DNA from: an uncultured virus (IMG/VR IMGVR_UViG_3300024268_004105)
Taxonomy: Duplodnaviria > Heunggongvirae > Uroviricota > Caudoviricetes
Direction: 5' to 3' (one strand)
DNA length: 64,000 bases
IMG/VR virus record: IMGVR_UViG_3300024268_004105
The notes beneath the pieces were generated by a model. It ran no database searches. It was not told the DNA's origin and worked only from the letters and a program-made list of their open reading frames with translations. The translations under genes and the position numbers were made by a program. Shown here piece after piece: positions 1 through 9,549 of this stretch. The stretch's first letter is position 1, and each line of letters starts with the position of its first letter.

Positions 1-555
1 ATTAAGCAAAGTAATTTGCCTTATTTCATACTCCATTTCTCTATGACATCTTATCAATTCATGCTTCCTGTCAAGAACATCCGAAATATCAATATAGTAT
101 CGAGGATTATGAAATGGGGCGCACACCTCATACATATAGTACTCAGCTTTACTAGCATTTTGTTGTTTTATCTGACTTAGACAGCTTTCATAAGTAGCTC
201 TGTGATCCGGATGAAGACTCTTGCCCCATGGCAAGAACACCTTCGTGTACCTCTTAAAATCAATCTGACTAGCGAAATCAGGATTATCTGAAACCTTCGT
301 ATCCTCAATTCCTAGCCAAAACCAATTGCGAGGCTTAACTATTGACATTTCCTCTTCGAACCACTCTCTTCTTAACTTTGCCTCATCTTCGACACTTCTC
401 TTAGTATTACCATAACACCCATCAGTTACAACATAAATATCTGTCTGATGAGAAGCATTAATAAGTACTCCTGCTGCACCAATACACTCATCATCAGGAT
501 GAGGCGCTATAATAGCTACACTGTCTTCATTTGTAAATAATATCTCATCTTTCAT
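1..555 (-). CDS. PIG-L family deacetylase (runs off the window start; host gene)
   Basis: Manual translation from ATG at 555: MKDEILFTNEDSVAIIAPHPDDECIG, containing the PIG-L HPDDE motif. Not in the ORF track. Confidence 0.8.
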   Translation of the reverse strand, partial: MKDEILFTNEDSVAIIAPHPDDECIGAAGVLINASHQTDIYVVTDGCYGNTKRSVEDEAKLRREWFEEEMSIVKPRNWFWLGIEDTKVSDNPDFASQIDFKRYTKVFLPWGKSLHPDHRATYESCLSQIKQQNASKAEYYMYEVCAPFHNPRYYIDISDVLDRKHELIRCHREMEYEIRQITLLN

Positions 556-1525
556 TACCTTTTGCGCTCCCTGCTGTATTCTTCTCTGTTCTCTTCTCTA
601 TGAGTACGAATATCAACGGGAAGAGAAATACAATGCAAAACATTTGTATAAAGCAGCGAATTACATTTCCAGCGCTAGAAGGAGTAACGGACTTAATTAA
701 AGGATTAATAATAAGAGTCACAATATAATAGCAAAACAGTCCGATTGTAGCCCTAACAGCTCTTAACTGCAATGATACGTTATCTTCAAACTTAACAAAT
801 CTTCGCTCTAACACCCATCCTGCAAAAAAGCCACTGGCCCAGCCAACTGCTTTAAATGTATCCTGGGCCATTTTATGCCCATCAACTAATATCTTGCCTT
901 CTGCATCATAATCAACCGGATATGACTTAACTGACGCATATATAGCCACTGCTATGGCAATTGCAATTCCAACGCCTGCAACTAATAAATCCATCTTAGG
1001 ATGCTTCTTAAGCCACTCAAGTAACTTGCCCGTAAGTAGCATCACAATAAGGCCTAATACAACACCTACTAGCACATCCTGTGGAGTATGAACCCCAAGG
1101 AAGTTCCTGCTGAATATAATCAGCACCACCATAATCCACATTATAATACGAATAACCTTATGTACGCCCTTCTTCATTCCAATACCACCATAGAGTGAAG
1201 CAGCATTCATACTGTGTCCACTTGGAAATGAATATCCTGTGGCCAACTCCTTAGCCTCGGCATTAGGAATAATACGAGGATCTCTAATCCAAGGACGATA
1301 TACACATGCCGTAACCTTCAGAAACCCATTAACAATACGGTTTCCTGACCAACCCATAAGAAGATAAGTCCCTGTCTCCTTGCTTATACTCCAGTAAATA
1401 ATAGCAATAAGAACTATGACAATATTCATATCTCCAAACCAGGTTACCTTGTTAAGAAACTCTGTAAAAATGGAGCCCACTCCTTCTCTAAAGCTCTGTA
1501 GGCCTAATAGAATTGTGATATCCAT
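545..1525 (-). CDS. PAP2 family phosphatase, membrane protein (host gene)
   Basis: KxxxxxxRP, SFPSGH and SRxxLGVHxxxD motifs; multiple hydrophobic helices. Confidence 0.9.
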   Translation of the reverse strand: MDITILLGLQSFREGVGSIFTEFLNKVTWFGDMNIVIVLIAIIYWSISKETGTYLLMGWSGNRIVNGFLKVTACVYRPWIRDPRIIPNAEAKELATGYSFPSGHSMNAASLYGGIGMKKGVHKVIRIIMWIMVVLIIFSRNFLGVHTPQDVLVGVVLGLIVMLLTGKLLEWLKKHPKMDLLVAGVGIAIAIAVAIYASVKSYPVDYDAEGKILVDGHKMAQDTFKAVGWASGFFAGWVLERRFVKFEDNVSLQLRAVRATIGLFCYYIVTLIINPLIKSVTPSSAGNVIRCFIQMFCIVFLFPLIFVLIEKRTEKNTAGSAKGNER

Positions 1526-1698
1526 AAAACAGTTCCTCCTTATGTATTTTAATCATATCTTTATAAAATAGTATACACCAATTTGTTTCTATATATGTAT
1601 AATAAATCAAAAAAACCAAACCATAAATGATTTGGTTAAAATTGGGTTAAATAATTATTTTAAAAAAGCCCTATGTCCGAGAAAATGCTTAAATACTT

Positions 1699-1723
1699 AA
1701 AGCTAGCGACGGGAATCGAACCC
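1699..1723. repeat. att core, left copy (duplicated tRNA-Thr 3' end)
   Basis: AAAGCTAGCGACGGGAATCGAACCC, identical to 62731-62755. Confidence 0.95.
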
Positions 1724-1770
1724 TTACTTTGTAGTATATACATATTGAATCTACGTCATTTTCGCAAAAA

Positions 1771-1792
1771 AATGGACAAGTAATGGACAAAT
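1771..1792 (+). promoter_or_regulatory. Putative integrase arm-type sites (TGGACAA x2)
   Basis: aaTGGACAAgtaaTGGACAAat; same motif repeated at 62565-62615 inside the other end. Confidence 0.6.
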
Positions 1793-1963
1793 AAAATTCT
1801 ATCTATACTATATGTTTTACTAGGCTTCCTTAGTAATTATAACATATAACTACAAATAAAAAGAAAAAGTCTATTTTATAAAAAAATTAAATTTTATCAA
1901 TGCCAGCTACAATCTGCAGATCCACATATAGGACACTTTTCACCGTTATTTTCGAAACGCTCA

Positions 1964-2029
1964 AACATGTTTCCCCAAATAATGATATGGTTGACATATT
2001 GCTTGTTCTTCTGCTTCGAACGCAGTATC
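1964..2029 (-). pseudogene. Fragment of a HipA-like kinase gene
   Basis: Reads DTAFEAEEQAICQPYHYLGKHV-stop, versus DHAFEGTGNEICQPYHYLGRHI in 43819..44934; nucleotide similarity to about 43984-44049. Confidence 0.75.
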
Positions 2030-2095
2030 TATAGATTTAAAAGTTATGGGTATCGAAACAAAGTATCAATTAAAAAACGTTCATTACATTAAGCA

Positions 2096-2791
2096 CTATA
2101 ATTTTTCACCTGTACTATGGACATAAACATCTCCGTAACGCTCTTTCAAATATGCATCTACCTCTTCTTGGGAAGCTGTTCTGTTCTTTATTTTCTCCTC
2201 AATGCTTTGTGTCTGTGCTGGTGCTGCGCTTTCTCCTGCACCGGCACTTGAACCACTACCTGTTGCGCCACCTGAGTTGCTACTTGATGCGCTACTGCTT
2301 GATGAACCACCACTATTCTTCTTTTTATTGCTACTTGCTTGTGCCTGTGCTTGTCTTTGTGCTTCTGCCTTTGCATTTGCTTCCGCTTCTACTCTAGCAT
2401 TCTCTTCATTCACTGCTCCAATTCTCGCATTGATTACATTTATCTGATTTGTTACATTACCATTTACTGCATCTTTCTGCTCCTGCATTAGCAGTGTGTC
2501 GTTATTTACATCATTTATTACATTATTTAGTTCATTTACTGCATTTGTCATTGCATTTACATCGCTATTTGTATTTACATCTCCTAGCGGTGCTACTATC
2601 TGATTTACTCTTTCGTTATACGCATTAATGGCGTTAGTTCTTGCCTTATCCATTTCCTGCAAGAATGCTTCTACTGCTTCTCTCTCTTTCTTATTATTAT
2701 ATGCGTTTACTCCCAGTACAGTTCCTACTGCACCACCTACTACTACGATTGCAGCTATTATAGCAATAATAATTTTCGTTTTCTTTTCCAT
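2096..2791 (-). CDS. Membrane-anchored secreted protein with coiled coil and Ser/Gly-rich linker
   Basis: N-terminal KK plus hydrophobic helix; low-complexity linker; RBS upstream. Confidence 0.7.
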   Translation of the reverse strand: MEKKTKIIIAIIAAIVVVGGAVGTVLGVNAYNNKKEREAVEAFLQEMDKARTNAINAYNERVNQIVAPLGDVNTNSDVNAMTNAVNELNNVINDVNNDTLLMQEQKDAVNGNVTNQINVINARIGAVNEENARVEAEANAKAEAQRQAQAQASSNKKKNSGGSSSSSASSSNSGGATGSGSSAGAGESAAPAQTQSIEEKIKNRTASQEEVDAYLKERYGDVYVHSTGEKL

Positions 2792-2832
2792 AATTCTATT
2801 CTCCTTTGAATCTTATTTATAGCTCATTTACA

Positions 2833-3192
2833 TTATTTCACTTTATTATCCATTTCTGTCATCGCATCGATGTAACCAATAAGCCTGTCTCGTTGTTTTG
2901 GATCCATATTATTATATCTATCAATAATTAATCCAATATCTGTATCTTTATCGATTACATACCAATCAGATTTATTCCCTCGTTTGCCTTCATTTTCAGC
3001 TCCTGATAACAACCATTCTGGAGTTACATCCAAGACTTCACAAATAAGCATAATCTTTTCAGATGAAGGATTTGTTTTTTTACTTTTCCACTCACTTATT
3101 GTGCTTTGAGGTATTCCTGTCTTTTCTGAAAACTGCTTCTGTGAAATGTTTTTTTTCTGTAATATTTCAAATATTCTATCACTAATTATCAT
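2833..3192 (-). CDS. XRE/Cro-CI family HTH regulator
   Basis: ISQKQFSEKTGIPQSTISEWK HTH; start moved to ATG 3192 behind an AAGGAG RBS. Confidence 0.85.
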   Translation of the reverse strand: MIISDRIFEILQKKNISQKQFSEKTGIPQSTISEWKSKKTNPSSEKIMLICEVLDVTPEWLLSGAENEGKRGNKSDWYVIDKDTDIGLIIDRYNNMDPKQRDRLIGYIDAMTEMDNKVK

Positions 3193-3328
3193 ATTTTGCT
3201 CTCCTTCCGTAATAATACTAATATCATACAATTTATTAAGTATTTCGTATATATGAATTATACCATTTTTACATATCTGTGTCAATAATACTGCATATAA
3301 AAAAGCCCTAAAATTAGAGCTTTTTTAC

Positions 3329-6300
3329 TTATTTCACCCTGCAGTAAGAGAATGTATCTACCCATCCAGCTAATGCTGAAATATGTCCGAAATCTCTCAT
3401 ATATGAACCTTTACCATTTTGACGTTCGTATTCATCAGAATCATAATTAGCTCTTCCATAGGTCTTTGTGTACTCCATCGATTTAATCATATCCGGCCTT
3501 TTAAATGAATAAACCATGTCCCCGGTCTTATTCCGAAGATTCTCAAAGCCTCTCGTTATTAGCTGAACATACTCTGGATCACAATACCATACGGATTTTA
3601 GCATTAATGCTCCATTGCACTCTCCGCCATCAGGAAGAGATGTATCACGCTTATAATAAAATTCTTCCGAAATTTTGCGTGCAAATCCATAATCATGCAT
3701 TAAAGCGTCTCTAAAATCAGTAGGACTATATCTTAATACAACACTCAAATAACATATTGTTCTATTTCCTGCACTATCTACAGCTTCTATTGGAAGTACA
3801 GTTCTTGCTTTTTTCCCTTTATCTAAAATATCATCAATATTAAAATCAATAATCCTTACAGATACATTATTTCCATCTTCTTTGTCATTTACCTTTACTT
3901 TCGCAAGCTTTAATATCGCATCCTCGGTATTATATTTATTTCTGATCATATCATAATCAAGATATATTTCCTTACATGTAATAGTCGGATATTCATCCCA
4001 TATTGCATACACGTCAGCTGTACCAGATTGTTCAAGCTTTGCATTCCATGGAGAAGTTAACGCCTTATAATCACTATGTGCATTCTTAATATTGTTAACT
4101 ATTGCACGTGCGTTCATATTAGGCTTATTTTCGTATCCTAGCCCTTGTACAGCGTTTGCATCAAGCCAAACATCCATTAAGTTAACAATATTATTATATA
4201 TAATACTTTCATAATCCTTTTTTGTAGCATAGCTTACTGTAGACCATCCTTGGAATGACGAAACATTATCCTTTGTTCCAAGCGTATTAATAACGTCTCC
4301 TTTATCAATCATATAATATGTATAATCCTCTTCGATGCCAGTTCCCTTAATATCTCTGGTAATATGATCATTCTTTTCATATTCTTTACCAAAAATATTT
4401 CCACTCTGCAGAAAATATTCAGAATTTAAGCTATAGAATTCATCATCCGTAACAGCATCATATTCGTCACCGCTCTCATCTACAGCACCATTAGGATTAT
4501 AATTAAGCCTACCTGTATTCCTTTTCCATCGAGCAACAAAATTTACATCGTTATCGTTTACAGGTGTATAATACGAGCCACCACTATATATTTTGCCATC
4601 AGGAGCTACCCATCCTACAAAATCATAGCCCTCTCTTATCGGTGTAGGAAGCTGCATTGAATTAATCTTCCAACGTCCTGTCATATTTACTGTTCTATTT
4701 GATACCGTTAAGTTTTTAAATGTTCTATTGGGTTGATAGTAATTAGATGCATCATATATGTTGCCACTTCCTGTACACACTCTACCCTCTTTTTTTGCAT
4801 ATGCATCCCAATGTGATATTAATGCTGTACCTGTGTATCCGCCAAATGCGTTATACAAATCAGGGTTTACATTTGCATATCTTGCAGCGTTGTATGTTGT
4901 ATCATAGGCTGATGATGTTGTTCTTGAATAGTCAACATAGCTTCCTAAAAACAATCCCACATCGTTGTCACTATCCCAACCAAGAAATGTTTTAGTTGTT
5001 TTTACATTTCCTACAGCAGAACCACCATTAGAGTCAAATACTAGATTAGCACTCTTATATTTAGAAGGGGCTGCTTGTACTGTATATGCTGAATCAAATT
5101 GGCAGGATTGTGTGGAATACTCATTGTAACCATTATTATAGTTATATTTCACACTATATGTTTTCGGTGTCCAAATGGCTGTTGCAACAAGGTTTTGTCC
5201 TGCACAGAGTTCCGGCCAGTATCCTGTCAAAAATGTATTAGCAGGTAATAGTTGCCTATAATTATCAAAGTCATAGCCATTAAACACATCCAAAATACCA
5301 CTACAATGTTCTGCTATTATGTTTTTCTGTGAATAATCATCCCCTGTAGTTTTATGTTCTGGTAGGCTTCTCCATGATTCACGAATACCATAATTCCAGA
5401 AATGTGAGTTCAAACTTGACATATTATATCCAAATGCCGCTTTCAGATCGCTGTACCTATTTGCATAATCAACCAAATTTGTAATGGTATGCTTACCTCT
5501 CCATTGCCCGTTATCACTTATATACCAGCCTCTAAAGTTATAGCCTGCTTTTGTAGGTGTCTCAGAAGCACCTATTCCTACTCCAAACCAGTTATTACCA
5601 CTAGAGCCATCGTATTCCCATGTAACAGATGTTGCCCCATCTTTGAAAGCTCCACCATTAGTATCGTATGTTACTTTATAGTTTTTTGCTCTTGTATAAA
5701 ATACAATATCTTTATCGTGAAAACCTATTCCACCATATCTATCTACATAATTTGGGTACCATTTGTCAGAGTCTTTGTGGTATTCAGGTGTATAGTTTTG
5801 AAAACTATTTCCCGGATGGTCTAATTCTCCGCTTCCCGTGTACTCCCATACACCATTATTATCAGTCCATACACGAATCCAAGGTGTTGTATTAGAAATG
5901 TTACACCCGCTATATTCTATCTGACATTCTTCAGCATTTATCATTCTTACGGTGATTGTACCACCACCATATAGACCGATTGCGGACTCTCCATGTGCGC
6001 CCGGGCCTACTAAGTCGCTAAAATTGATGTCACGGTCATAATTATCCAAACTCTCATACACCTGAACTCTCCAACTACCCTTTAGTCCCTTAACACGAAC
6101 ATCTCTCCATATTACAACTGAGTCATTCTTTTGTAGTATTATATCTTCTGTTATTCCATTTACATCTTCTACTACAAACTCTTTGTTATTATCTGTAGAC
6201 TCTGCAAGTCTAATGTTTTCTTTTTCTAAATATCCTCTTCCAAGTGTATTATCTTCTAGTTTAACTGCTGACTCTGACAAAGATGTATCTATGTCTGCTA

Positions 6301-7513
6301 TGCTTAGATTATCATTTTCTACATCTTCATCTGAAATTGCCATTTGTTTTAGCATTACTATGAAGCTCGTTACATACGCTGAACTCACAGATGTACCATC
6401 TACTTTTGTATTAACTTCTCTATCATCAATTTTTCTTGTATATTCATAATGTCCGCTTGTTGTATAGTCTACATTTTTACCAAAGTTAGAATAGTTTGCT
6501 TTTGCAAAAATGTTATTTCCTTTATCCACACTAGCAACTGTAAATGCTGAATCTATATTTGCAGGTGTATACTCTGATACATCCTTATCATTGTTACCAG
6601 CTGATACTACAACCGTAATTCCACTATTATATGCTTCATTAATAGCTGATTCAAGCAACTTACTTTGTCCTATTCCAGACATAGAAAGATTGATTACACT
6701 TACCTTGTTGTCGTGGTTTTTGTTATAATCAACAACATATTTAATACCTTGGTAAGCTGTTAGCGTAGTTCCCATACCATTATCATCTAACACTTTAATA
6801 GGCATTATCTTCAGATTAGCAAGATTAGCTGTATCAAGGATAATTCTTGACATAGTAGTACCATGACCATCTTTGTCCTGGTAATTCCCATTTGTCTCAA
6901 TGAAATCCTTACCCTCTACCACCTTTTCATCAAAAATTCCCTCAAAAGAATTTAAGCCTGTATCGAGGACTGCAACTATTATATCTTTAGCCTCTAATGT
7001 AGCATTATCATTTTTTTCTTTATTCGTATCTGCTATTTCTTCTTTTGCTATATCATTATTAGCTTCATCCTTATTATCTATATCTTCAGGAGTGTCACTA
7101 ATCATATCTACTTCTACTTCGATTCCAGCTTCTTTATAAAAATTATATGCATTTTCTGTTTCTTCAGGAGAAATGTATTCTACAATATATATATTATCTA
7201 AATGTTGTACAGATTTAATTACATCAGTAGAATCTTTAAACTCCATATCCTCTTGACTGGTTATAATTAATCGACATGAAGCATATATATTATCATTATT
7301 TTTAATATTGGAAGTATCTACTTCTAATTCATTTGAATTTGATACATCCTTTACTTCTTCAGGTTGTATTTCAGATAATGACTCTCCATTATTCTGATTC
7401 TCAGACGGTATTAATTCAGTTGCACGTGCAATTATGCCTGTTGTAAGCAACATAGAAAACACCAATATTAATGATAAAACTGATGAAAATACCTTTTTTA
7501 CATTCTTGTTCAT
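3329..7513 (-). CDS. Large secreted S8 (subtilisin-like) protease-adhesin with InlB-B-like repeats and Ig-like C-terminal region
   Basis: Signal peptide; catalytic motifs VLDTG, HGT and GTS; YDTNGG...PTKAGYNFRGWY-type repeats; start 7513 behind AAAGGAGG. Confidence 0.8.
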   Translation of the reverse strand: MNKNVKKVFSSVLSLILVFSMLLTTGIIARATELIPSENQNNGESLSEIQPEEVKDVSNSNELEVDTSNIKNNDNIYASCRLIITSQEDMEFKDSTDVIKSVQHLDNIYIVEYISPEETENAYNFYKEAGIEVEVDMISDTPEDIDNKDEANNDIAKEEIADTNKEKNDNATLEAKDIIVAVLDTGLNSFEGIFDEKVVEGKDFIETNGNYQDKDGHGTTMSRIILDTANLANLKIMPIKVLDDNGMGTTLTAYQGIKYVVDYNKNHDNKVSVINLSMSGIGQSKLLESAINEAYNSGITVVVSAGNNDKDVSEYTPANIDSAFTVASVDKGNNIFAKANYSNFGKNVDYTTSGHYEYTRKIDDREVNTKVDGTSVSSAYVTSFIVMLKQMAISDEDVENDNLSIADIDTSLSESAVKLEDNTLGRGYLEKENIRLAESTDNNKEFVVEDVNGITEDIILQKNDSVVIWRDVRVKGLKGSWRVQVYESLDNYDRDINFSDLVGPGAHGESAIGLYGGGTITVRMINAEECQIEYSGCNISNTTPWIRVWTDNNGVWEYTGSGELDHPGNSFQNYTPEYHKDSDKWYPNYVDRYGGIGFHDKDIVFYTRAKNYKVTYDTNGGAFKDGATSVTWEYDGSSGNNWFGVGIGASETPTKAGYNFRGWYISDNGQWRGKHTITNLVDYANRYSDLKAAFGYNMSSLNSHFWNYGIRESWRSLPEHKTTGDDYSQKNIIAEHCSGILDVFNGYDFDNYRQLLPANTFLTGYWPELCAGQNLVATAIWTPKTYSVKYNYNNGYNEYSTQSCQFDSAYTVQAAPSKYKSANLVFDSNGGSAVGNVKTTKTFLGWDSDNDVGLFLGSYVDYSRTTSSAYDTTYNAARYANVNPDLYNAFGGYTGTALISHWDAYAKKEGRVCTGSGNIYDASNYYQPNRTFKNLTVSNRTVNMTGRWKINSMQLPTPIREGYDFVGWVAPDGKIYSGGSYYTPVNDNDVNFVARWKRNTGRLNYNPNGAVDESGDEYDAVTDDEFYSLNSEYFLQSGNIFGKEYEKNDHITRDIKGTGIEEDYTYYMIDKGDVINTLGTKDNVSSFQGWSTVSYATKKDYESIIYNNIVNLMDVWLDANAVQGLGYENKPNMNARAIVNNIKNAHSDYKALTSPWNAKLEQSGTADVYAIWDEYPTITCKEIYLDYDMIRNKYNTEDAILKLAKVKVNDKEDGNNVSVRIIDFNIDDILDKGKKARTVLPIEAVDSAGNRTICYLSVVLRYSPTDFRDALMHDYGFARKISEEFYYKRDTSLPDGGECNGALMLKSVWYCDPEYVQLITRGFENLRNKTGDMVYSFKRPDMIKSMEYTKTYGRANYDSDEYERQNGKGSYMRDFGHISALAGWVDTFSYCRVK

Positions 7514-7526
7514 TTCTAAGCCTCCT

Positions 7527-8297
7527 TTATAAAACCTTTGAAAATAACTTATTAGCAAAATTTTTTTCAATTGCTGCATCATGAACTTTAATTTTCTTCT
7601 TTATTTCAATTTGATGTTGATTTAATAATCCGTCAGGTAAATTTTTTATAATTATTCCTTCATGAGTATTGAATTTTTTTATAAAACTTGATATATTTAA
7701 ATTGATAGAAGCGATACCCCCAGACGGACCCTCCTCTTTTATAGAGTGCATATCCGTGATGGTATTCGCTTCTTTTAATATTTGAGATGTCTTTATTTCT
7801 CCTACTGTAATTATTAAATAAAACTGATTTTCTTTTACTTTTCTTTCATAAATTGTTATTTTTACAGGATAAATATTATCTTCGTCATAAAAACCACTTA
7901 ACAAATGAACAACTTGACGCACATCAATTCTTGTTGAAAAATTATGTCTGTATTTTTCAACATCTATTTTTATTGCATTTTCACATACTTCATCAATAAC
8001 TGATAATAATTTGCCTAAATGTGTAAGATTAGCATGCTTTTTTGTCATTTGACTAATCGATTCCTTTAACGTTGCTTGCGTGAATTTTACATCTGATTCA
8101 AACTCATTAAAGCAAATATATTTATCTCTTATATTAAGTTCCTTTATATATCTTTTAAGTGCTCTTGCAATACTTTCATTCGCATTATATAATTGCATTT
8201 CTTTAGACTTATCCCATTCTACTATCTTAAGCGTTTTATTTTTTAAAATATTAGTACGTTCTTCGTCTGACGAATTTATATCTATTGTTTTATTCAT
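7527..8297 (-). CDS. Hypothetical protein, possibly a polyvalent-protein-associated (LPD/PBECR-like) domain
   Basis: Open frame; only loose resemblance to such domains. Confidence 0.35.
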   Translation of the reverse strand: MNKTIDINSSDEERTNILKNKTLKIVEWDKSKEMQLYNANESIARALKRYIKELNIRDKYICFNEFESDVKFTQATLKESISQMTKKHANLTHLGKLLSVIDEVCENAIKIDVEKYRHNFSTRIDVRQVVHLLSGFYDEDNIYPVKITIYERKVKENQFYLIITVGEIKTSQILKEANTITDMHSIKEEGPSGGIASINLNISSFIKKFNTHEGIIIKNLPDGLLNQHQIEIKKKIKVHDAAIEKNFANKLFSKVL

Positions 8298-8313
8298 ATA
8301 TGAAACCCTCTTA

Positions 8314-8919
8314 TTATTTAAAAACTGCTTCCAAATTATACTCACTATCCAATGTATCAGGAATAATAACTACTTCATTGGTCTTTTTATCTAACCAATA
8401 ATCAAAATCTCCATAGGATGCTGGCACATTAACTGTAGGAAAATCATCTCCCTTTGCACACTCAAAGGTTCTGTATATTACTCCGTTAATGTAATAATTA
8501 ACTTTTAATGTAGGCTCTTCTATATCTTTATCAAGCACTGCTGTACAGCTAGCTTGTGCTTTCGTTAATTCTCCATCTGGATCAGTAAATGTTTCCTCAA
8601 CATACAACATTATTAAACCTTTTTCGTAATCAATGCCTGATACCGTAATATCTACCTGTAGATTAGGATCTTCCTTTCCGTCCTTTCCTTTGCTTATATC
8701 ACTTAAAATAAGCTGGCAAGCGTCTGCAACAAATTCTTCAGAATCATTTATAGTATATTTTTTTGCTTCAACGAGATTTGCTATTGAATCTTCTACTGAA
8801 TTCTGTAATGAACGATCTAAATTGTCTTGCTTTGAGGTTTTACCTTCAATTGTCATAATACAAAGAATTATTAAAACAATAATTACTACTGATGTTACGC
8901 CATACACAATATATTTCAT
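8314..8919 (-). CDS. Tad-associated minor pilin/pseudopilin-like protein
   Basis: Single N-terminal hydrophobic helix; lies in the pilus operon context. Confidence 0.5.
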   Translation of the reverse strand: MKYIVYGVTSVVIIVLIILCIMTIEGKTSKQDNLDRSLQNSVEDSIANLVEAKKYTINDSEEFVADACQLILSDISKGKDGKEDPNLQVDITVSGIDYEKGLIMLYVEETFTDPDGELTKAQASCTAVLDKDIEEPTLKVNYYINGVIYRTFECAKGDDFPTVNVPASYGDFDYWLDKKTNEVVIIPDTLDSEYNLEAVFK

Positions 8920-8933
8920 AAAATGCTCCCTTC

Positions 8934-9395
8934 TTAATTAATACATACCGTTCGATAAGTATATTCTGAATATCCGTTATCAAGTATTATTTTAAATCTC
9001 AGATTATACACTCCTGCTTCATCTACTCTAAAAGTTTGGCTATCTTTGTTATATACTTTATCTAACACATCTTCGCCACCGAACGAAGCTTCTATTAAGT
9101 ACACTTCATACGAACTATTATTTGATACATATATCAAATCCTTAGTGTTATACTCTTCTCCAAGTAATATTTCATTAAAACCAATATCATTAATACTTTT
9201 GTCTGTATCAAAATCACGATTTATAACTACTTCTTTTTCTTGACCTGTTTCAAATGCATCGCTAATTCCTGCCATTATTCCTACTTTTGAATTGTTTTTT
9301 GATACGTATATCATTCCAAATACAAGACCTAGGACTATCAATACTGCTATCATTGCAATGATAGCTCCGCCAAATTGTCGAATCGTTTCTTTCAT
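8934..9395 (-). CDS. Minor pilin-like protein
   Basis: N-terminus MKETIRQFG plus hydrophobic helix resembles the small pilins at 11483-11739 and 14967-15143. Confidence 0.55.
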   Translation of the reverse strand: MKETIRQFGGAIIAMIAVLIVLGLVFGMIYVSKNNSKVGIMAGISDAFETGQEKEVVINRDFDTDKSINDIGFNEILLGEEYNTKDLIYVSNNSSYEVYLIEASFGGEDVLDKVYNKDSQTFRVDEAGVYNLRFKIILDNGYSEYTYRTVCIN

Positions 9396-9426
9396 AAAGT
9401 ATCTCCTTTTAAATATTAGTTCATCT

Positions 9427-9496
9427 ATTCTAAGAGAATTCTTTACAGAAAAAATAACTTATAATATTTTTTTTGACCTTTTTTCCACTTATAATA
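9427..9496 (-). promoter_or_regulatory. Regulon promoter A (paired ACTTATAATA boxes plus -10 TAGAAT)
   Basis: Boxes at 9457 and 9487; -10 at 9427-9432. Confidence 0.75.
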
Positions 9497-9520
9497 TGTT
9501 TTTTAAAGAATTGCACAAAA

Positions 9521-9540
9521 AAAGCCCCATAAGGGGCTTT
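9521..9540 (-). terminator. Intrinsic terminator
   Basis: AAAGCCCC-ATAA-GGGGCTTT hairpin with a U-tract on the minus strand. Confidence 0.75.
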
Positions 9541-9549
9541 ATATTAATC

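Noticed and set aside
1611..1652. TTGGTTAAA/TGGGTTAAA repeats outside the left att as arm sites of a second element
   Set aside because: Only two short copies, overlapping a hairpin that could be the tRNA terminator of the empty site; no second integrase
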